A stretch of DNA of 64,000 nt from Gemmatimonadetes bacterium 13_1_20CM_4_69_16 (GCA_001919865.1 MNIR01000051.1:91920-155919), one strand, 5' to 3'; shown: positions 47,879 through 57,655, numbered from the stretch's first letter. A program made the numbers and translations. The notes: a model not told the origin generated them from the sequence alone.

Positions 47879-47980
47879 GCAGCTAGACGCGCAGACGCAC
47901 AGCGGTGAACAGTTCGAGTGAGCGGGCCCTTCCTGTTCACTACCACTGTTCACCGCTGTGCGTCTGTGCGTTTAGTCTGC
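47879..47980 (+). repeat. Long perfect hairpin: ORF-less member of the repeat family seen at 32513-33048
   Basis: Arms 47882-47912 and 47946-47976 pair at 31/31 positions on the + strand (28 Watson-Crick, 3 G-U). Three more bp follow after a 1-nt bulge. 33-nt loop. The hairpin starts 4 nt after the upstream stop codon. Confidence 0.85.
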
Positions 47981-48010
47981 CTGTCCTGAAACCGCATTCC
48001 TGCTCCCTAC

Positions 48011-48279
48011 CTACTTCAGGGACACCACGAACCTCACCGTCACGCACTCCGCCGTCTGCGGCGACACGCTACAGAACGAGTCGTGCGGCAACAGGCGCTT
48101 GACGCCCAGCACTTCCGCTTCGGCGATGCCGGGCACGTCGCGGTAGGTGATCTCGAGACTCGTGCCGTCGATGACCCGATAGTGCACCGGCCGGCCGATC
48201 AAGCGGTGGTGGGGATCGATCTTGGCGAGCCCGTCCGCCAGGCAACGCTGGATTTGGTCGATCTCCTGGGTCTCTCGAC

Positions 48280-48283
<4 letters not shown>
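48011..48283 (-). CDS. Hypothetical small protein (90 aa)
   Basis: Clean ORF whose ATG overlaps the queG stop (4-nt overlap). No recognisable motif. Confidence 0.5.
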
Positions 48284-49247
<964 letters not shown>

Positions 49248-49275
<28 letters not shown>

Positions 49276-49514
49276 CGAGCGAACCGCACGACGTCCTCGA
49301 CCGGCGGCACGGCGGCTTCATCGCCGTACGCGGTGAGCATGCGCCAGCGCAGGTAGTCGCGGGGTGGCAGCGGGAGGAACGGGGGGCGGCGGTACCAGTC
49401 ACGCGCCCGGAAGCTCCACGTGAGGCGCAGCAGGTCGAGCGCGAGGCGCGGGTGAGCGGCGGCTCGGAGCGCGAGGCGCACGAACAGCGTCGACCAGGTG
49501 GCGGGAGGCGACAT
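49248..49514 (-). CDS. Hypothetical small Arg/Trp-rich protein (88 aa)
   Basis: Last 88 codons of the antisense track ORF 49248..50912, from the ATG at 49514. It fills the otherwise empty 300-nt gap upstream of queG and overlaps the queG start by 28 nt. Confidence 0.35.
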
Positions 49515-49574
49515 GCGACTCAATCTACCCCGAGACGTGTCGACCGTGCTTTTCCTCCTGTATATTGACCGCCT

Positions 49575-50756
49575 ATGACGCTCGCAAGCGGCCTGAAGAC
49601 CGGCCACCAGACCGCGGCGCATCGGCTCGCCCGCTACCGCAGCGAGTTCCCGATCTTCCGGGACCAGATCTACCTCAATACTTGCTCGCTCGGCGCGCTG
49701 GGCGACCGCACGCGCAGGAAGGCCACGGAGTTTCTCGACCTGTGGCAGGCCCGGGGGGCAGCCGCGTGGTACGACGTCTGGTGGGCCGCGCTCTCGGAGC
49801 TGCGGGAGCGCTACGGCCGGGTGATCGGTGCGGGGCCACAGGAAATCGCGCTCGCGCCCAGCGTCTCGGTGGCCCTGTCGGTCGTCGCGGAGTCGCTCGA
49901 CTATGCGCGTCGGCCCAAGGTGGTGGTGACGTCGCTCGATTTCCCGACGATCGCCTACCAGTGGCTCGCCAAGCGGCCCCGCGGCATCGAGCTCGTGGTG
50001 GTCGAGAGCCCCGACCAGGTGTCCGTGCCGGTCGAGGCGCTCGCTCGCGCCGTGGACGCCCGGACCGCGCTGGTCGCGACCTCTCACGTGTATTTCACGA
50101 GTGGCGCGATCCAGGATATCCGCGCGGTGGCGGCCGCGGCCCATGCGCAGGGCGCCCTCTGCCTGATCGACGCCTACCAATCCGTGGGACAGGTACCGGT
50201 CGACGTACGGGCGACGGAGGTGGACTTCCTCACCGCCGGCGGGCTCAAGTGGCTGCTGGGCGGCCCCGGCATCGTGCTGCTGTACGCGCGGGCCGAGCTC
50301 GCCCGGTCCCTCACGCCGGCGATCGCCGGCTGGTTCGGCCACAAGCGGCAGTTCGCCTTCGAGCCGCGATCGCTCGAGTGGCACGACGACGCCCGGCGCT
50401 TCGAGCTCGGCACGCCGTCCCTCGCCGCGATCTACGCGCAGCTCGGCGGACTGGACTACATCGAGGAGATCGGCGTGCCCGCGATCCGCGAGGTGACGGC
50501 GGCGCTCACCGAGGACCTGATCGCGCGCGCCCGGGCGATGGGGTTGCGGCCCAAGGTGGCGGCCCGGGCGGAGGACCGCTCGGCGATCGTGATGCTCCCC
50601 GCCGACGATCCGGCGGATCGGGTGCGCCACCTCACAGCCGCGGCGATCATCGCGGACGCGCGGCCCGGCCACGTCCGCCTCTCCCCATTCTTCTACAACG
50701 TGCAGGACGACCATGTCGCAGCACTCGAGCGGCTCGCAGCGCCAAGCGGTCACTGA
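49575..50756 (+). CDS. Aminotransferase class V-fold PLP-dependent enzyme
   Basis: 393 aa. 'YLNTCSLGAL', 'SHVYFTSGAIQDI', 'IDAYQSVGQVPVDV', 'FLTAGGLKWLLGGPG' (PLP-Lys). Confidence 0.8.
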   Translation: MTLASGLKTGHQTAAHRLARYRSEFPIFRDQIYLNTCSLGALGDRTRRKATEFLDLWQARGAAAWYDVWWAALSELRERYGRVIGAGPQEIALAPSVSVALSVVAESLDYARRPKVVVTSLDFPTIAYQWLAKRPRGIELVVVESPDQVSVPVEALARAVDARTALVATSHVYFTSGAIQDIRAVAAAAHAQGALCLIDAYQSVGQVPVDVRATEVDFLTAGGLKWLLGGPGIVLLYARAELARSLTPAIAGWFGHKRQFAFEPRSLEWHDDARRFELGTPSLAAIYAQLGGLDYIEEIGVPAIREVTAALTEDLIARARAMGLRPKVAARAEDRSAIVMLPADDPADRVRHLTAAAIIADARPGHVRLSPFFYNVQDDHVAALERLAAPSGH

Positions 50757-51459
50757 GGACGAGCGGCTCCTCACGCAGCTCCCGCGCGAGCGCCGCGCGT
50801 TCACGAAGACCGACTCCTGGCGCGTGCTCCGCATCATGGGAGAGTTCGTCGAGGGGTTCGACACGCTGTCCGACGTGTACAATGCCGTGACGATCTTTGG
50901 CTCGGCACGCACGCCGCCGGACGATCCCTACTATGAGAAAGCCGTCGAAACGGGCCGCCTGCTGGCCGAGGACGGGTTCCCCATCATCACGGGGGGCGGC
51001 CCCGGCATCATGGAGGCGGCCAACCGGGGCTGCCAGGAGGGGAACGGCCTGTCGATCGGATGCAACATCGAGCTGCCGTTCGAGCAGGGCCTCAACCCCT
51101 ACGTCGAGCGCGCGATCAATTTCCGGTATTTCTTCGTACGCAAGACGATGTTCGTGAAGTACTCGACGGCGTTCGTGGTTTTCCCCGGCGGCTTCGGCAC
51201 GATGGACGAGCTGTTCGAGGCGCTGACCCTGATCCAGACCGGCAAGGTCCGTCATTTTCCTGTGATCCTGTTCGGCGCGGCGTACTGGAAGGGGATGACG
51301 GACTGGCTGCGTGAGCGCGTCGTAGGCGAAGGGAAGATCGCCAGCACGGACCTCGCCCTGCTTCACACGACCGACACCGCGCACGAGGCGGTCTCCGTCA
51401 TCCGGCAGGCGCGGGAGCGCCGTACCCGGGAGCTGCCGGCGCTCGACCGCGACGGGTGA
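50713..51459 (+). CDS. LOG family (TIGR00730) Rossmann-fold nucleotide-binding protein
   Basis: '[16 protein letters not shown]', '[15 protein letters not shown]', '[21 protein letters not shown]'. The track start overlaps the upstream gene by 44 nt. Confidence 0.88.
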   Translation: MSQHSSGSQRQAVTEDERLLTQLPRERRAFTKTDSWRVLRIMGEFVEGFDTLSDVYNAVTIFGSARTPPDDPYYEKAVETGRLLAEDGFPIITGGGPGIMEAANRGCQEGNGLSIGCNIELPFEQGLNPYVERAINFRYFFVRKTMFVKYSTAFVVFPGGFGTMDELFEALTLIQTGKVRHFPVILFGAAYWKGMTDWLRERVVGEGKIASTDLALLHTTDTAHEAVSVIRQARERRTRELPALDRDG

Positions 51460-51463
51460 CGCC

Positions 51464-52603
51464 ATGACCACACGCAAAGACTTCTTGCGCGGCCCGCGCA
51501 TCGATCCGAAGCCGCTCACCGGCCGGGAGACGATCCCCGAGCTGGTGGACAACGCCTTTCTGGCCTACAACGCTGGCCGGCTCGCCGAGGGTTGTCGGCT
51601 GTTCACCGAGCGGATGCTCGAGGATGACGTGACCGTGGGGATGAGCCTCACCGGCGCGATGACGCCGGCCGGCCTCGGCATGTCCACGATCATCCCCCTG
51701 ATCGAAGCGGGGTTCATCGACTGGATCGTCTCGACCGGTGCGAATCTCTATCACGACGCGCACTTCGGCCTCGGGCTCTCGATGCACCGCGGCACGCCGT
51801 TCGCCGACGACGTGGAGCTGCGCGAGGAAGGCGTCGTTCGGATCTACGACATCTTCTTCGACTACGAAGTGCTGCTCTCCACCGACGCGTACATCCGGGA
51901 GGTATCGGCGGGCCCCGAGTTCCAGCGGTCGATGAGCACCGCCGAGTACCATTACCTGCTGGGCGGGTACGTCCTGCAGCGCGAGCAGGCACTCGGGATC
52001 TCACGGAAATCGGTGCTGGGCGTGGCGCATCAGTGCGCCGTCCCGATCTACACCTCCTCGCCCGGCGATTCCTCGATTGGCATGAACGTGGCGGAGCAGG
52101 CCCTGACGGGTTCGCAGCTGCGGCTCGACTCGAGCGCCGACGTCAACGAGACGTCCGCGGTCGTGTTTCACGCCAAGACGCACGGCGGCAAGAGCGGCGT
52201 CCTGATCATCGGTGGCGGCAGTCCCAAGAACTTCGTGCTCCAGACCGAGCCGCAGATCCAGGAGGTGCTCGGCATCAGCGAGAAGGGGCACGACTACTAC
52301 CTCCAGATGACGGACGCCCGCCCCGACACGGGTGGCCTCTCCGGGGCCACGCCCGCAGAGGCGGTGAGCTGGGGCAAGGTGGACCCCGACAAGCTGCCGG
52401 ACACGGTGGTCTGCTACCTCGACAACACGGTCGCTTTCCCGATCCTCGCCGCGTACGCGCTCGCCCGGCGAAAGCCACGACGCCTGAAGCGGCTGTATGA
52501 CCAGCGGCCCGACATGATGCGGGCGTTGACCCAAGCGTACCAGGAGGCGAAGGCGGACCGCGACGCGCGCGCGGAGGCGGCCACTGCCGGGCGCCGGCGC
52601 TAG
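51464..52603 (+). CDS. Deoxyhypusine synthase family protein (DHS-like / homospermidine-synthase-like)
   Basis: 379 aa. '[14 protein letters not shown]', '[12 protein letters not shown]', 'GGGSPKNF', 'EAVSWGK' (the conserved Lys region). Confidence 0.8.
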   Translation: MTTRKDFLRGPRIDPKPLTGRETIPELVDNAFLAYNAGRLAEGCRLFTERMLEDDVTVGMSLTGAMTPAGLGMSTIIPLIEAGFIDWIVSTGANLYHDAHFGLGLSMHRGTPFADDVELREEGVVRIYDIFFDYEVLLSTDAYIREVSAGPEFQRSMSTAEYHYLLGGYVLQREQALGISRKSVLGVAHQCAVPIYTSSPGDSSIGMNVAEQALTGSQLRLDSSADVNETSAVVFHAKTHGGKSGVLIIGGGSPKNFVLQTEPQIQEVLGISEKGHDYYLQMTDARPDTGGLSGATPAEAVSWGKVDPDKLPDTVVCYLDNTVAFPILAAYALARRKPRRLKRLYDQRPDMMRALTQAYQEAKADRDARAEAATAGRRR

Positions 52604-54104
52604 CGGGGCGGCAGCGGCGGCGCGGCGCGCGCCCGACGGCGCCGGGGCGTACGCGGCCTACGCCCTCGGACTGCTCACGCTCATCAATCTCCTCAACTAC
52701 ACCGACCGCAACGTCATCTTCGCGCTGTTCGAGCACATCAAACGCGAGCTCACGCTCTCCGACCAGCAGCTCGGCTGGCTTGGCTCGGCCTACGTCATCG
52801 TGCTGTCGCTCGCCGCCCTGCCGCTCGGCGTCATCGGCGATCTGCGCTCGCGCCGCGCGGTGATCGCGTTCGGGGTGGGTCTGTGGAGCGCCTTCACCGC
52901 CTTGGGGGCCACGGTCACCCGATTTTGGCAGCTGCTCGTCTGCCGCTCCCTCGTGGGTGTGGGTGAAGCCGGCTACGGGCCGGCGGCGCAAGCGCTGATC
53001 GCCGAGGTCTACCAGGGGCGGCGGCGCGCGTTCGCGATCGGGATCTACTCGGTGGGGATGGCGTTTGGTGGTGTGCTGGGCATCTGGCTGGGCGGAGTGC
53101 TCGCCGAGCGCTACGGCTGGCGGGTGGCGTTCGTGGTGATGGGTGTGCCCGGTTTCTTTCTCGCGATCCTTGCCTCGCGGCTGCGCGAGCCTCGGCAGCG
53201 GCCGCCGGCGCCGATCGCCACGACCGTGCGGCGGTGGCTGGAGCGGGGGTGGCGACAGGCGATGCAGTACGGCAAACCGCTGATCGGGCTCGCGCTCGTC
53301 GGGGCGGTGCTGAGCGGCCTACTGGACCTCTTCGCGGGCCTGCCGCCCGGGATCGAAACCGCGGTGTTCGCGGCGTGTGTGAGCGCCGGGATCGTCTGGA
53401 CGGTCGTGCGCCTCGTGCCCGCCGCCGTGCGGCGTACCACCGAGGCGACGGAGGTGGCGGCGACCGCGTTCGGTGAGTTTCTCCAGGCCGCCGCGACCGT
53501 GCTCCGCACCCCGACGCTGATCTGGATGTTCCTGGGCGGCGCGCTCGTGACGTTCGCCGTGAATGGCCTCATCGCCTGGGCGCCCAGTTTCATGCAACGG
53601 GCACACGGTCTGTCGGTCGCGGTCGTGGGCCGGCAGTTCGGCATATGGGGGCTGGCGGGCGGTGCGCTCGGGGGGCTGTTCGGGGGCCGGGTCGGGGACG
53701 CGCTGCTCGCGCGCTGGAGTGGGGGACGCGTGGTCGTGTCCGGGGCGGGGTTCGTGCTCGGCGGCCCGGTCTGCGCCGCGCTGCTGCTGGTCGACGAGCT
53801 ACAGCTGTTCGTGCCGCTGCTGTTCGCGACGTTCTTCCTCTATACGTGGTACAACGGACCCCTGTCCGCGGTGATCCTGGACGTGGTGCCGCCGGCCGTG
53901 CGGGCGTCGGTCATCGGCGCTTACGTGCTGTTCTCGCACCTCGCGGGCGACGCCATCGCGCCGCCGCTCATCGGCTACCTGTCCGACCGGTTCGGCCTGC
54001 GGCCGGCCATGTTGCTGCTGCCGACGGCGGGGGCGGTGGGGGGGCTGGTCATCTTGATCGCACTGACGACGGTGGGGCGGGACATGGCGAGGGTAAAGAC
54101 ATGA
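52584..54104 (+). CDS. MFS transporter (Spinster-like). N-terminal helix lacks a canonical start codon.
   Basis: The track ORF starts at GTG 52800. However, the same frame is open from 52530 and encodes a typical MFS TM1 / motif A region ('[43 protein letters not shown]'). The only start-like codon is CTG 52584, with GGAGG 6 nt upstream. Confidence 0.7.
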   Translation: MPGAGASGAAAAARRAPDGAGAYAAYALGLLTLINLLNYTDRNVIFALFEHIKRELTLSDQQLGWLGSAYVIVLSLAALPLGVIGDLRSRRAVIAFGVGLWSAFTALGATVTRFWQLLVCRSLVGVGEAGYGPAAQALIAEVYQGRRRAFAIGIYSVGMAFGGVLGIWLGGVLAERYGWRVAFVVMGVPGFFLAILASRLREPRQRPPAPIATTVRRWLERGWRQAMQYGKPLIGLALVGAVLSGLLDLFAGLPPGIETAVFAACVSAGIVWTVVRLVPAAVRRTTEATEVAATAFGEFLQAAATVLRTPTLIWMFLGGALVTFAVNGLIAWAPSFMQRAHGLSVAVVGRQFGIWGLAGGALGGLFGGRVGDALLARWSGGRVVVSGAGFVLGGPVCAALLLVDELQLFVPLLFATFFLYTWYNGPLSAVILDVVPPAVRASVIGAYVLFSHLAGDAIAPPLIGYLSDRFGLRPAMLLLPTAGAVGGLVILIALTTVGRDMARVKT

Positions 54105-54133
54105 ATGCGGAATGCGGAGTGCGGAATGCGGAG
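54103..54133 (+). repeat. Heptanucleotide tandem repeat (GARTGCG x 4.4)
   Basis: GAATGCG GAATGCG GAGTGCG GAATGCG GAG. It begins inside the MFS stop codon and ends 5 nt before the ATP-grasp ATG. Confidence 0.9.
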
Positions 54134-54138
54134 TTGAA

Positions 54139-55137
54139 ATGGGAGGTCGACCCGCGCCGCGCCCTGACTGGGAGGACGCCGACTACAAGCAGGCGGTCGA
54201 GGCCAAAGTCGAAGAGGCGGAGTACGACGTGGCTCGCGCCTTGATGGCGAAGGGGCACGACGTCCTGATGGTCGGGGTCGCCGAGACGCTCGAGCCGGTG
54301 CTCGAGCGGCTCGCGAAGTTCCAGCCGAAGGTCGTCTTCAACGGCTGCGAGGCATTCCGAGGGCACGCGCGGCACGAGTACGGCCTCGCCGCGGTGCTCG
54401 AGATGCATGGGTACCGCTACACCGGCTCCTCGCCCACCGCCCTGCTGGTCGCCCGGAACAAGTCGCTCACCAAGAAGATCCTCGCGTACCACGGGATCCG
54501 GGTCCCGACGTTCGCCGAGTGCCATCAGGGGGAGAAGCCCATACGCCCCTCGGAGCTCCGGTTCCCGCTGATCGTGAAGCCACTGCTCGAGGATGCGTCG
54601 GTGGGGATCGCCCAGGCGTCCGTCGTGGAGAATGACGAGGACCTGGCCGAGCGCGTGAAGTTCGTCCACGAGAAATTCCGCCAGGCGGCGATCGTCGAGG
54701 AGCTGATCGAGGGCCGAGAGCTGTACGTGGGCTTAGTCGGGAACGAGAAGGTCCAGCTGCTGCCGATCATCGAAATGACGTTCGGCGAAGCGGAAGATGG
54801 GGAGCACCGCATCGCCACCTACAAGGCGAAGTGGGACGAGGAGTACCGCAAGCGCAAGAAGATCAAGAACGTGTTCGCCAAAGGTCTGTCCGACGAGTTG
54901 ACGGCGAAGATCGGGGACATCTGCACCAGCGCGTTTCACGCGCTGTGGCTGCAAGACTACGGGCGTGTCGACCTGCGTTTGACCCATGACGACGAGGTCT
55001 ACGTGCTCGAGGTGAATCCCAATCCGTTCGTCGCGTTCGAGCACGAGATGGCCAACGCGGCTGAGAAGGCCGGGATGGGCTACGACGACTTTATCCAGCG
55101 GATCGTGGTCGAGGCGCTGGAGCGCGATCATGGCTAA
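54139..55137 (+). CDS. ATP-grasp domain protein (D-alanine--D-alanine ligase-like family)
   Basis: ATG at 54139 (the alternative at 54112 lies inside the heptamer repeat). 'ARNKSLTKKILAYHGIRVPTF', 'FPLIVKPLLEDASVGI', 'IVEELIEGRELYVGLVGN', 'GRVDLRLTHDDEVYVLEVNPNP'. Confidence 0.82.
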   Translation: MGGRPAPRPDWEDADYKQAVEAKVEEAEYDVARALMAKGHDVLMVGVAETLEPVLERLAKFQPKVVFNGCEAFRGHARHEYGLAAVLEMHGYRYTGSSPTALLVARNKSLTKKILAYHGIRVPTFAECHQGEKPIRPSELRFPLIVKPLLEDASVGIAQASVVENDEDLAERVKFVHEKFRQAAIVEELIEGRELYVGLVGNEKVQLLPIIEMTFGEAEDGEHRIATYKAKWDEEYRKRKKIKNVFAKGLSDELTAKIGDICTSAFHALWLQDYGRVDLRLTHDDEVYVLEVNPNPFVAFEHEMANAAEKAGMGYDDFIQRIVVEALERDHG

Positions 55138-56140
55138 GCCGGCGGCGCGGCGGCGCCGGGAGGTGCCGACACCGGAGCTGCGCTGCCCGACCTGCGCCGC
55201 CGAGCTGGAGCGCTTCTGGGCATACTGCTCGAACTGCGGCCGCCGGCTGGAGTGGCGGGACACCACGAAGCAGACGGGGGCCGAGTGCTACTACTGCGGC
55301 TGGGTGGTCTCGGGCCGCTTCTCGTTCTGTCCCTGGTGCGGGCGCGACATCGCGGACCGGGAGTCGAGCCCCGAGCCGCTCAAGGCGCCGAAGGGGTTCA
55401 GCTATCATCGGCGCTGTCGCTGGGGCTGCGGCGGCGGCGTGATGTATCCCATGCGATTCTGCCCCTGGTGCGGCCGTCCCCAGAAGTGGCGCTACTGGGA
55501 ATTCCAGAACGTCTGTCCGCACTGCAGCAAAGGTGTCAACGATTGGATGGAGGTCTGTCCGTGGTGCGGGGAGGACGCCACCGGGCGCGACCTGATCCGA
55601 CAAGCGCTGCGCCGAGTACGCCAGCTCTTGGTGGTGGGGCGCCTCAAGGACTGGAACTACCGCGTGCTGCTGCGGCCCGGCGTGTCCGGTGTGACCCATC
55701 GCACGCCCAAGATCATCGAGATCGAGCGGCGCTACGTCACGGGCAAACGGCGGCGCGACGAGATCTCGTGGAACATGCTGACCGGGCTGATCCTGCACGA
55801 GCTGGGCCACTCGTTTCTCTATCACAACTGGTCGGTCACGCGCACGGGACGCTTCCGTCGCGCCTTCGGCGAGGTGCGCAAGGCGTACCGCGTGGCGGAC
55901 TCGAAGTGGGTCGACTTCGAGCGCCGCGGCGTGACCACCACGCTGCCGGATTTCGTGACCGCCTACGCGGCCACGCACCCACAGGAGGACTTCGCGGAAA
56001 CGTTCCGGTTCTACGTCGCCCGGCGTGGCCGGTTGCGGGAGTTGTTCGCCGAGTTCGGGCGCAAGCGCAAGGGCGTGCCGGTGTTCGAGAAATTTCTGGT
56101 GATACACGATTACATCAGGAGCCTGAGGGGGTGGCGCTGA
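55130..56140 (+). CDS. Protein with four tandem zinc ribbons plus a C-terminal HExxH putative zinc metallopeptidase domain
   Basis: 336 aa. Four CxxC-N12-15-CxxCG units ('CPTC..CSNCG', 'CYYCG..CPWCG', 'CRWGC..CPWCG', 'CPHC..CPWCG'), then 'LILHELGHSFLYH' and 'EDFAETFRFY'. Overlaps the ATP-grasp gene by 8 nt. Confidence 0.7.
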   Translation: MAKPAARRRREVPTPELRCPTCAAELERFWAYCSNCGRRLEWRDTTKQTGAECYYCGWVVSGRFSFCPWCGRDIADRESSPEPLKAPKGFSYHRRCRWGCGGGVMYPMRFCPWCGRPQKWRYWEFQNVCPHCSKGVNDWMEVCPWCGEDATGRDLIRQALRRVRQLLVVGRLKDWNYRVLLRPGVSGVTHRTPKIIEIERRYVTGKRRRDEISWNMLTGLILHELGHSFLYHNWSVTRTGRFRRAFGEVRKAYRVADSKWVDFERRGVTTTLPDFVTAYAATHPQEDFAETFRFYVARRGRLRELFAEFGRKRKGVPVFEKFLVIHDYIRSLRGWR

Positions 56141-56240
56141 CCAGGCCCGCTGCGCCACTGCAACCTTTCGGCCCGCCCATACATCCCACTCCGTAGCGCC
56201 CGGTTCTCATCCCTCACTGTTTCCGTCTCCCGAGGTCCCT

Positions 56241-57641
56241 ATGTCCCGCTGGCTGGCCGTCTTCCTTCTCATGGCGACAGGGCTCGCCGCGCAACAGCCG
56301 CCGAGCGCCCCGATGGACTCAGGCGCGGTCGCACGCGTTCTCGCCCTCCTCAAGACTTCCGACTCCACTGTCTGCGAGCTTGCGGGACAGGCCATCAGCA
56401 ACTCGTGGGGCTTCCCCTGGGAGCCGAGACTGTTGCCGACGCCCATGCCGATGCCCATGCCCACACCCATGCCGATGCCGATGGCGAGGCGCATGGGGAT
56501 CAGGGTGCCTCACATTCATGTACACGTGCACCACCCAGGGGACTGGCGTCGCGAGGACGCGACTATGTTGGGCGCGTTCCGCGCAGTGCTGCGCGACGAC
56601 AGCAGGTGCGTGCGGCACATCGCCGCGCGGGTGCTCGGCCGGGCGCGCTCGCCGGGGAGCTACGACGCGTTCCTCGCGCTATTGCGCGAGGCGAGCCCGG
56701 GCCTGCGAGAGACCGGAGCGCTCGGCCTCAGCGAGCTCGAGGACCGGCGCGCGCTGAGACCGCTCCAGGAGGCGCTGCGCGACCGGGATCCCGGCGTCCG
56801 CGCGATGGCGGCGCGCGGTGTGGGGGAAATCGCGGACTCGAGCTCGATTGCTGCGCTCGGCAAGCTGCTGGCGGACGACGCGATCCCGGTGCGGGAGGCC
56901 GCCGCGTGGGCGCTGGGCGAGATCGCAGGCACGCAGGCGATCGCGCCCCTGAGCCAGGCGCTGCGCGACCGCTCGCCGGAGGTGCGAGCGATGGCGGCCT
57001 GGGCGCTGGGCCAGATCGAGAGCCCGCGCTCCGTATCCGCGCTGGGCGACGCGCTGCGTGATCCCTCCCCCCGGGTGCGGCGCGCGACCGTCTGGGCGCT
57101 GGGACAAATCGCGGACGGGGACGCGGTCGACTTGTTGTTACCGCTGCTGCGTGACTCCGATTCAGACGTCAGAATGGCCGCCACGCACGCCCTGGGAGAA
57201 ATCGGGAGCCAGCGGGCGGTGCGCGGCCTCGGCACCCTGGTGCACGACGCGTCGCCTGAAGTCAGGCGCGCCGCGATCTGGGCGCTCGGCGACATTGGGG
57301 ACGGCAGCGCGCTCGAGGCATTGCAGGCCGCCCTCAAGGACGTCGACTCCGAGACCCGACAACTCGCTGCGTGGGCGCTGGGTGAGATCGGCAACGCCGA
57401 CGCGGTGGATCCCCTGGCGGCAGCCCTCAAGGACCGCGACGCAGAGGTGCGAGTGGCTGCGGCGTGGGGCCTGGGGCAGATCGAGAGCACCCGCGCGCGG
57501 GAGCCGCTCCGAGCGGCCCTCAACGACGAGGCCGGTGATGTGCAGGACGCCGCTCGCTGGGCGCTCGACCAGATGGGTGACGATGACGAGCGGCCGCTCG
57601 TGAAGACGCGGCCGCGCGTGCGGCTGAAGAGGCGGATCTGA
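56241..57641 (+). CDS. HEAT-repeat (PBS-lyase HEAT-like) protein with signal peptide and a Met/Pro/His-rich segment
   Basis: 466 aa. At least 9 repeats of the 31-aa unit 'D..VR..AAWALGEIG...A...L...L.D'. N-terminal 'LAVFLLMATGLAAQQ'. 'PTPMPMPMPTPMPMPM...HIHVHVHH'. Confidence 0.82.
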   Translation: MSRWLAVFLLMATGLAAQQPPSAPMDSGAVARVLALLKTSDSTVCELAGQAISNSWGFPWEPRLLPTPMPMPMPTPMPMPMARRMGIRVPHIHVHVHHPGDWRREDATMLGAFRAVLRDDSRCVRHIAARVLGRARSPGSYDAFLALLREASPGLRETGALGLSELEDRRALRPLQEALRDRDPGVRAMAARGVGEIADSSSIAALGKLLADDAIPVREAAAWALGEIAGTQAIAPLSQALRDRSPEVRAMAAWALGQIESPRSVSALGDALRDPSPRVRRATVWALGQIADGDAVDLLLPLLRDSDSDVRMAATHALGEIGSQRAVRGLGTLVHDASPEVRRAAIWALGDIGDGSALEALQAALKDVDSETRQLAAWALGEIGNADAVDPLAAALKDRDAEVRVAAAWGLGQIESTRAREPLRAALNDEAGDVQDAARWALDQMGDDDERPLVKTRPRVRLKRRI

Positions 57642-57655
57642 GAGCGCCTCCGCCG

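Noticed and set aside
56436-56483. The (CCN-ATG)n repeat and the 54103-54133 heptamer as possible CRISPR-like or minisatellite arrays
   Set aside because: The unit lengths (6-7 nt) and the absence of spacers rule out CRISPR. The first lies in-frame inside a CDS (a Met-Pro repeat) and the second is a simple SSR. No CRISPR array or cas gene occurs anywhere in the window.
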